DNA of 64,000 nt from NCBI GenBank assembly GCA_036502605.1, contig DASXYI010000004.1, positions 5,712 to 69,711 on the forward strand, in the 5' to 3' direction. A model generated the notes under the pieces. That model worked only from the letters and a program-made list of their open reading frames with translations, ran no database searches and was not told where the DNA came from. Below are positions 18,128 through 24,735 of the stretch, one piece after another. The position numbers were made by a program, and so were the translations under genes. This DNA comes from Steroidobacteraceae bacterium (lineage in GTDB: Bacteria; Pseudomonadota; Gammaproteobacteria; Steroidobacterales; Steroidobacteraceae). Within the stretch, counting starts at the first letter, position 1. Every line of letters starts with the position of its first letter.

Positions 18128-19995
18128 TGCGCGATGTGTCGGCGGGTGACCGCATCGGGCTCGCGATCGTTGCCGCTATAAAATCTCGCCGCGGGATTGT
18201 CGCGTATGAAAGATGCGGCGACTTCATGAATGGGCCGGTCGCGAATCGCGTCGTCCTTGAAGGGCAGCACTTGGCGGAACGCGTTCCACACCGCAGTGGG
18301 CGATGCGCCGAAGCTGCGCGACGAGTCCTGCTGCTTGCGCAGATCGAGCCAATGGGTGCCGGTGAGAAGATCTTCCGCCAACAAGTCCACGGTGTCGGCG
18401 ACCGCGATACGCCCCCGCACGACCTTGAGCCGCGTCTGCGCCTGCAGATCTTCCACATTCTTGACCAGACCGCTGCCTTCCGGCGGAACCGGGTTGATGA
18501 GCCCTTGGATCTCTTGCATCAGCGCGCCGGAGGCGACCTCGCTGCCCTGGGTCACGCCGAATCGTCCGGGTTCGCCGGGAGTCGAACTGGATGGCGATAG
18601 GACGGTGAAAAACGTATTGGAAAAACGCAGCAGCCGCTGCGACACCGCCACATCCATGTTCGCGAGCGCAATGGTGAACGCTTCGATGTCATTCGCGAGG
18701 GGGTACGGATCCCAATTGGCGTTGGACAAAATAAAGCCATGCTGGCCGTGGCTGTGCGGGCCGCCCTTCACGTAGAACTGAGCAAGTTGCGGCGTGTTGA
18801 GTTCCCAGGAGTCGGACGGCGCGGCGCCGACGCGAACCGCCGGATTGTGATCGGACGAATTCATCTGAACGATCACGTCGTCGCGCAGCTGTGCCCACGC
18901 CTGCCAAGCCGAGGCTTGACGGATGGACGACGCGCGCAGACTTTCCGGGTCTTGAATGATGCGTTGCTCGTCGAGTTCGAACAGATAGCTGCCGCGGAGC
19001 ATGTCGAGCACGCGCGCGGCATCCCAGTTGAGCCACTTGAAAGGCCTGTTCGCCTGCACTGGCGCCGCCAGCGGAGAGACGCTGCTGTTCATACCGTTCA
19101 GATCGACCGCGTAAATGAGGTCCGCCCACGACAGCGCTTCCCGCGCATCATGCACGAGGAGCGCCGCTTGGCCCGTGGCATAGCCGTCGCTGCTTTCCAA
19201 TTCACTGTCGTCCGCCCCGAACGGCGCGAGCGGCGAGAGTCCCGCCTCTTGCAGTGCCTGCAGGGCCGGCATGCGTACGCCGCGGTAATAGGCCGTGCCC
19301 GCGCCCACCATGGTCGCGGCGACGTTGGCGAAAATAGCCAGATCGCCTTCGCCGACGGTGTTTCGCGACTGCACCACCGGCGTAATTCGGTCGTTCAGCA
19401 GATCGAGGAGCCGCTGCGTGAGCTGCGGACTTGCCGCCTCGAAACTCATGGTGTTGGCGCGAACGACCAGCATCGCGCGTACGATTTCTTCATCGCTGAT
19501 CTCGGGACCTAAGCCGGCCAGTGCGCCGCGCCGGAATACCGCGAGCTGACGTGACTCGAGCAGCGCTTTGTTGTCGGGCGACAGCGGATCACCCGTAAAT
19601 ATGTTCGTCTGCCTTCCGGATCCCACGCCGCGGTTGAACCAGTACACCGGCATGCCTTCGGCCGCCGCTTCCAACAGCAGCCCGTACGCATCGGCTGAAC
19701 GTTGCCGCGCCTCCGGCGTGAGCACAGCCTTGGCGCCGTAGCGGGCGACTTGCACGACTTGATCGATGGTCAAGTCATGGCCGCTCAAGACGACGGTCTT
19801 GTCCGCCATGGCCGGTGTGATTGCGTTGTAGGAAACCGAGTAGGGCGCTGAATAGGCAGGGGCTGCTGCGACACTCTGCAGTCCAAGGGCCAGCGAGCCA
19901 AGGGTCAGCGTGGCCGCGCCCAACGCCCCGCGGCATCGCGAGAATCCCCCTCGCGCCGCGTGACGAGGGGGGGCATGTCGCGAGGGGGCACTCAA
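18124..19995 (-). CDS. histidine/phenylalanine ammonia-lyase family homolog lacking the Ala-Ser-Gly MIO triad, possibly secreted
   Basis: Collinear with HAL/PAL enzymes: ..VYWFNRGVGSG.. versus AYGINTGFG; ..QDPESLRASS.. versus QDPYSLRC; ..SDHNPA.. versus SDNP. The MIO segment reads NTVGEGDLAIFAN (GEG at 19345..19353) where HAL has GSVGASGDLAPLAH. The ORF-track start at 20244 lies inside the TBDR gene. Candidate starts are TTG 19995, which overlaps the TBDR stop and gives a signal-peptide-like MSAPSRHAPPRHAARGGFSRCRGALGAATLTLGSLALGLQSVAAAPA, or ATG 19809 (MADKTVVLSGHDLTIDQVVQVARYG). Confidence 0.8.
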   Translation of the reverse strand: MSAPSRHAPPRHAARGGFSRCRGALGAATLTLGSLALGLQSVAAAPAYSAPYSVSYNAITPAMADKTVVLSGHDLTIDQVVQVARYGAKAVLTPEARQRSADAYGLLLEAAAEGMPVYWFNRGVGSGRQTNIFTGDPLSPDNKALLESRQLAVFRRGALAGLGPEISDEEIVRAMLVVRANTMSFEAASPQLTQRLLDLLNDRITPVVQSRNTVGEGDLAIFANVAATMVGAGTAYYRGVRMPALQALQEAGLSPLAPFGADDSELESSDGYATGQAALLVHDAREALSWADLIYAVDLNGMNSSVSPLAAPVQANRPFKWLNWDAARVLDMLRGSYLFELDEQRIIQDPESLRASSIRQASAWQAWAQLRDDVIVQMNSSDHNPAVRVGAAPSDSWELNTPQLAQFYVKGGPHSHGQHGFILSNANWDPYPLANDIEAFTIALANMDVAVSQRLLRFSNTFFTVLSPSSSTPGEPGRFGVTQGSEVASGALMQEIQGLINPVPPEGSGLVKNVEDLQAQTRLKVVRGRIAVADTVDLLAEDLLTGTHWLDLRKQQDSSRSFGASPTAVWNAFRQVLPFKDDAIRDRPIHEVAASFIRDNPAARFYSGNDREPDAVTRRHIAQ

Positions 19996-22610
19996 AACTT
20001 GTAGCTGAATTTCACACCCGCCGTGCGCGGCCGGCTGATCGTTTCCGCGGTGATGAACTGGTTGCCGTTCTCGAACAGATTGGCGCGCACGTTGGTCAAA
20101 TTCTGCCCGTACAGCTGTGCGGCCCACGCATCCTTGGCGAGTCCCATCGAGGCGTCGTAGGTCGAGAAACTGGCTTGATCGTAGGTCGTGATATTGCCTG
20201 TAGCCGAATAGGAATGCGCCTGATGCGTACCGCCGATCTGCCAAAACGCCTTGTAGTCGCCGACGGCGAATTCATAGCGCGCGCGCAGGCTGGCTTGGAA
20301 CGGCGGCGATTGGGCCAGCGGGCTGCCCGTCTGTCCGAAGGCGCTGCCACCCACGGTGCCAACCTGTGGAATGATGATGGGCTGGCCAGTGGTCGACAGC
20401 AAAGATGGCGCGTTGGTCAAGTTGCTGCTGTTCCAGGACGCGGAACCCGTGACCGTCAGTTCGTGGGTCACCCGCGCGACGAATTCAGTCTCAACGCCGC
20501 GTACCCGGTAATTCGGGCCGTTGGTAACGAAGCTCAGATTGCCATAGCAGCACGACTGGAAAATCTGCACTTGAACATCTTTCCAGTCCTCTTGATAGAC
20601 GGCGCCGTTGAACTCCAGACGCCGATCGAACCACTGCGTCTTCCAGCCGACCTCGTTGTTGACCAGGGTGTCGGGTGCATACGCAGACGGCGACTGGTAG
20701 ACGTAGGAGGCACCGTTGACCGTGTTGACCGAATGGTCGGCGATGTGAGCCCCGCGATTGAATCCGCCCGGCCTGAAGCCTTGCGACCAGGTGTAATACA
20801 GCAGCACATCCTCCATGGGCTTCCAGCTGATGTTGCCGCGGCTCTTGAATCCCTTGTAGGTGATATCGAGATTCTGGGCACTGAGGTTGTTGCTGTAGCT
20901 CACATTGCCGGTGCAAGGGGGCGGGCCTCCGGCGTAGCAGCCGAAGCTGCTCACGGAACTGCCCACCGCCGTGGTGTTGATTTGATAGTAGCGAGTCCCG
21001 GCGGTGATGGTCAGGACCTTGGGAATGATGTCGAAGTCGATCGACCCGAACACCGCCTTCTGGGTGTAGCCGCGGGTGATGTCGTCGAAGAACGAGGTGT
21101 TGTCGTTGCGGATATTCGGGTTGCGAACATCGGCGCCGGGGGCGGGACCGACGTTGGTCAAGCAGCCTATGTCTGCGGCCGTCGTACAGGCCGGCAAGTT
21201 CTTGTACATCCAGTCGATATTTTCCTTGATCTTGTAGTCTTCCCAGAACAGCCCGCCGATGGCACGCATCCGCCAGTCATCCGGCGTGCTCAGGCGTAGC
21301 TCCTGGCTGTTGTGCGTCGCGGTGTCCGTCTCGCGCCAGCTCGCGCTAGGCGAATAGCATTTGCTGGTGGTGCCGGGTTCCGTCGCCGGGTTTGTGCACT
21401 GATAGTAGTCCGCGTACACGCCGCGCGCATAGTTCGTGTAGTCGCCGGCTTGGTCGATGTTACGCACCATGTAGCTGCCCGCATAAACGGTCTTGAGGTC
21501 GCCAATTCGGCCATTGATGGTCAGAGCGGTGTTCTCGAATTTATCGTTGTTGAACGATGGGTTATAGAGCTGCACGGCAAGGTCCGGCAAAACCTCTCCC
21601 GCGGAACTTTGAGGAGTCACGAAAAAGACGCCCTGTGATTCCATTTGCTGGTACGACTGAACCAGCAGCGCATTCCAGTCTTCATTGAATTTGTACAGCG
21701 CGGAGACGCGTATGCCCTTATAGGTCACTGGATTGATGGCATTGGCGACCAGGTTGTTGTTGTTGATCGACGGACTGCCCGGAGGTACACCGTAGGCCGT
21801 TGGTGTCGCGCCGCCCGAGCACGCTCCCGCTGCCAGAGTACTTCCGGTCGGGCAACCGGTCGCGTAGCCGCCATAATGAATACCGATATCCGTGGGAAGA
21901 CGAGTGAACGTCCCGGGGACATTGTTGATATAGCCGCCGCGCGTGTCGCTGTAGATGACCCCGCGCACCGCCAAGGTGTCGGGTATCAACGGCAGGTTGA
22001 TCATCGCGTCGGCGTTGCTGCTGTGATCGCCGCCGCTAGTATAGGCAAAGCCGGCATTGACGTTTCCCTCGCTGACGTCGAGCTTGGGTTTGTTGGTGAT
22101 GTAACGCAGCACGCCGGCTTGCGCGCCGGCGCCGAACAATGTGCCCTGCGGTCCTTCGAGAACCTCGATACGCTCAATGTCGGCGGCGTATACGTCCAGA
22201 TTGCGGCCCGGCAATTGACCGGATTGATCATCCAGATAAACCGCCACATTGGGAAAGCTGCCGATGCCGCTCGAACCCTGCGTCGCCAGCGTGGACGTTG
22301 CAAGACCGCGCATGAAAATGACCCCCTGACCGGGACCATTGCTGGCCGAAGAGACGTTGGGAAGATACTTCACGAAGTCATCGAACGTAGAGACGTTCAA
22401 CTGCGTCAGCGTTTCGCCGGTGAGCGCTTGTATTTGGATCGGAACGTCCTGCATGTTTTCCGTGCGGCGCTGGGCAGTGACCGTGATTTCTTGAATCGAG
22501 TCGGAACTGCTTTCCGCTTCGGCTGCGGGCGCCGCCGCATAGCTGAGACCGGCTACGTTGCCGCTCAAGATCGCCGCTATGGCATATGTCAACCTTGGAT
22601 TCGAATTCAT
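19992..22610 (-). CDS. TonB-dependent outer-membrane receptor (paralog of 24736..27375)
   Basis: 872 aa. Signal MNSNPRLTYAIAAILSGNVAGLSYAAA. Plug ..EITVTAQRRTENMQDVPIQIQAL.. and ..IERIEVLEGPQGTLFGAGAQAGVLRYITNKP... The C-terminus ..AGVKFSYKF ends in Phe. Confidence 0.92.
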   Translation of the reverse strand: MNSNPRLTYAIAAILSGNVAGLSYAAAPAAEAESSSDSIQEITVTAQRRTENMQDVPIQIQALTGETLTQLNVSTFDDFVKYLPNVSSASNGPGQGVIFMRGLATSTLATQGSSGIGSFPNVAVYLDDQSGQLPGRNLDVYAADIERIEVLEGPQGTLFGAGAQAGVLRYITNKPKLDVSEGNVNAGFAYTSGGDHSSNADAMINLPLIPDTLAVRGVIYSDTRGGYINNVPGTFTRLPTDIGIHYGGYATGCPTGSTLAAGACSGGATPTAYGVPPGSPSINNNNLVANAINPVTYKGIRVSALYKFNEDWNALLVQSYQQMESQGVFFVTPQSSAGEVLPDLAVQLYNPSFNNDKFENTALTINGRIGDLKTVYAGSYMVRNIDQAGDYTNYARGVYADYYQCTNPATEPGTTSKCYSPSASWRETDTATHNSQELRLSTPDDWRMRAIGGLFWEDYKIKENIDWMYKNLPACTTAADIGCLTNVGPAPGADVRNPNIRNDNTSFFDDITRGYTQKAVFGSIDFDIIPKVLTITAGTRYYQINTTAVGSSVSSFGCYAGGPPPCTGNVSYSNNLSAQNLDITYKGFKSRGNISWKPMEDVLLYYTWSQGFRPGGFNRGAHIADHSVNTVNGASYVYQSPSAYAPDTLVNNEVGWKTQWFDRRLEFNGAVYQEDWKDVQVQIFQSCCYGNLSFVTNGPNYRVRGVETEFVARVTHELTVTGSASWNSSNLTNAPSLLSTTGQPIIIPQVGTVGGSAFGQTGSPLAQSPPFQASLRARYEFAVGDYKAFWQIGGTHQAHSYSATGNITTYDQASFSTYDASMGLAKDAWAAQLYGQNLTNVRANLFENGNQFITAETISRPRTAGVKFSYKF
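22444..22472 (-). repeat. 29-nt block identical to 27215..27243 (plug-domain coding region of the paralogous TBDR genes)
   Basis: acgtcctgcatgttttccgtgcggcgctg appears at both positions when the plus strand is read. Flanking sequence is similar but not identical. Confidence 0.9.
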
Positions 22611-22690
22611 GCTTCATCCCTCTAAATAGTAAAAATGTTCCGCATCATCGTTATATTTGTGTTGCATCGCGCTCGATCGCTTTGGGCCGG

Positions 22691-24703
22691 TCAGGCCAGT
22701 GAACCGAGCGCGTTCTTGAGAGGCCCGAGCCAGGGTTCAAAGTTGCGCCATCGGTCGATTCCTTCGCGATTGATCGGCTGACGCACCTGCTCGGAACTCG
22801 CGGTGTGCACCCGGCGTTCCGTCTTGTGAAAATCGACGCAGGCCGGTTCGAAGTCGAGATTGCAGAATTCCAGGATTCGGCGAACGTTTGCCTCGAGATC
22901 CTCGACGACGTTCTCGTGATGTATCCGCAGCGCCTTGCCGGGAAGCGCCTGATCCCAGTGCGCCATCAGATCCACATACATCCGGTAGTAGCGAGTGATG
23001 TCCTCGACACCGTAGGTGAACTGCTGACCGGAGGCAAACAGCTGCTTGTAGTTACCGAAGCAGCAGGCAACGGGGTCGCGGCGTGCGTCGATGATCTTGG
23101 CGTTCGGCAGGATCAGATGGATCAGCCCGATATGCCGGAAATTGTTCGGCATCTTGTCGATGAAAAAGGGCTTGCCCGTGCGATAGACGCGCGTGTCCGC
23201 AAGATACTTCTCCCCGAGGCGCTTGAAGTCGTCGGGTTTGAGTTCAGCGAGTATTCCAGGGTAGCGCGGAATCGAATCCTTGGTTTCGCGGCCTTGCAGG
23301 TCCTGGACCATGCGAAGGATATCGGCGAGTTCCATGGTCCCTTCGACCTTCGAGTGCGAAGCGAGAATTTGTTCGAGCAGGGTCGAGCCCGACCTCGGCA
23401 GGCCGACTATGAAGATCGGCGCCGGACTGTCGCAGCCCACTCCCTGCCTCGCGCTGAAGAAGTCCCGAGTGCAAACTTCCGCCTGCAGTCTGGCGTTACG
23501 CTCGAGCGGCTCGGGCCGGTAGCGGCATTCGCTTTTTTTCAACGCATTGCCGCGCGCGTAATATTCGAAGGATTCGGCATATTCGGCACGGTCCTCGAGG
23601 GCCTTGCCGAGGGCAAAACACAGATGATAGCGGTCCTCCAGCCCAATACGCGCCGCGGCTTCGTCCGCACGCATGCGTGCGATTTCCGCGTCCGTGAACC
23701 GGTAGGTCTTGAGGTTGGCAAGACTCCAATACGCGTCGCCAAAGCGCGGTCTCGCCGCCGCAGCCGCGCGATACGAATCGATGGCTTCTCGCGTGCGACC
23801 GACTGTTTTCAGAGCATGCGCAATCGACAAGTGCAATTCAGGGCGGTCGGGCGTTTCATCCAAAATCTCCCGATACAGGGGCAGCGCCTTGTCGTAGTCT
23901 CCGAAACCGGTGCATATGGTGGCATGCGTGGTCCGATAGTCTCGATTGCCGGGGTCTTTCTTGAGCAGTTTCTCCATTTCTTCCCGGGCCCGCACGTGCT
24001 TATGCCGCCGCAGCAGAATCAAGGCGTAGTCATACCGCAGAGCGTCATAATCGGGTGCGAGCGCCAACGCGTTCTCGAGCAGGATCTCGGCATCATCGTA
24101 TACATCCATTCTGACGCCGATCTGGGCCAACAGGCGCATGCCTTCCACATGGTCGCCGTGGGTCAGCAGATAGCGGCGCAGGAGTTGTTCCGCGTCAGAG
24201 ATTTCGTTGTCCGCGAACATGCTGAACGCGGTCACGATCTCGGGCGGCAACTTCGCGAGGTTTTCGACTTCGGCTGCCGCCTTTTGCGCGGCGCCGGCCT
24301 GTCCCGTCATTCGGTAGAGCACCTCGAGCGCCTTCCAGCTCGCAGGGAGCGCCGGACTCATTTTGACGGCCTGCTCGAAGGCTTCGATGGCGGGCGCAGC
24401 GGAGCGCAGCGCCACCTGGCAGTGGCCCCGTTCTTGATAGAGGCGCGGATAATCGGGATGAAGCTCTTCCAAGCGGTGCAGGGTTGCAAGGGCGTCCGGA
24501 AGCCGCTGCAAATAGCGCTGCGCTACCGCAATCATATACAACACATCGCGATTTTCCGGCGCTTCTGACAGCAGCGGCAGCGCAGCCTGCAATGCCGCAG
24601 CGAACTCACTGCATTCGAGAAGCGCACGCACGCGCCGAATTTCGGTCTCGATGCGCGCTGGCGGAGGATCGCTCACGGCTTGCATTCCGCATTCGGCCGC
24701 CAC
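22691..24703 (-). CDS. TPR-repeat-containing PAPS-dependent sulfotransferase family protein (cytoplasmic)
   Basis: 670 aa. The N-terminal half is TPR-like helical repeats. The C-terminal half has the 5'-phosphosulfate loop ..IFIVGLPRSGSTLLEQILASH.. and ..IIDARRDPVACCFGNYKQ... There is no signal peptide. The start is GTG 24703, with ATG 24685 as an alternative. Confidence 0.88.
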   Translation of the reverse strand: MAAECGMQAVSDPPPARIETEIRRVRALLECSEFAAALQAALPLLSEAPENRDVLYMIAVAQRYLQRLPDALATLHRLEELHPDYPRLYQERGHCQVALRSAAPAIEAFEQAVKMSPALPASWKALEVLYRMTGQAGAAQKAAAEVENLAKLPPEIVTAFSMFADNEISDAEQLLRRYLLTHGDHVEGMRLLAQIGVRMDVYDDAEILLENALALAPDYDALRYDYALILLRRHKHVRAREEMEKLLKKDPGNRDYRTTHATICTGFGDYDKALPLYREILDETPDRPELHLSIAHALKTVGRTREAIDSYRAAAAARPRFGDAYWSLANLKTYRFTDAEIARMRADEAAARIGLEDRYHLCFALGKALEDRAEYAESFEYYARGNALKKSECRYRPEPLERNARLQAEVCTRDFFSARQGVGCDSPAPIFIVGLPRSGSTLLEQILASHSKVEGTMELADILRMVQDLQGRETKDSIPRYPGILAELKPDDFKRLGEKYLADTRVYRTGKPFFIDKMPNNFRHIGLIHLILPNAKIIDARRDPVACCFGNYKQLFASGQQFTYGVEDITRYYRMYVDLMAHWDQALPGKALRIHHENVVEDLEANVRRILEFCNLDFEPACVDFHKTERRVHTASSEQVRQPINREGIDRWRNFEPWLGPLKNALGSLA

Positions 24704-24735
24704 CTTTCAGCCTTTCTCTTGCGTAAGAATCAGCC

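Noticed and set aside
18124-19995. Calling the lyase homolog hutH (histidine ammonia-lyase).
   Set aside because: The Ala-Ser-Gly MIO triad and other catalytic residues are not conserved, and no hutU/hutI/hutG genes are nearby. Only family membership is supportable.
18124-20244. Long N-terminal extensions in the ORF track that overlap the preceding gene. Affected entries: 18124..20244, 41153..44341, 59938..62004, 31166..32842, 37285..38541, 57661..59391, 56264..57745, 46650..48143, 39374..40201, 3082..3675.
   Set aside because: The extensions run through well-supported neighbouring genes and lack family similarity. Internal starts with SD sequences, signal peptides or stop/start overlaps give products of normal family length.
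22805-24568. 587-aa ORF on the plus strand opposite the sulfotransferase gene. Similar cases: 19821..21299 and 21645..22625 opposite the TBDR, 25192..26220 opposite the other TBDR, 53453..55087 opposite prkA, 55242..56207 opposite yeaH, 31508..32587 opposite the MFS gene, 13854..14942 and 14982..15959 opposite the TolB-PHP gene.
   Set aside because: These are typical high-GC shadow ORFs. Their products are Arg/Ala/Gly/Pro-rich low-complexity strings with no motifs, and the opposite strand encodes proteins with unambiguous family signatures.
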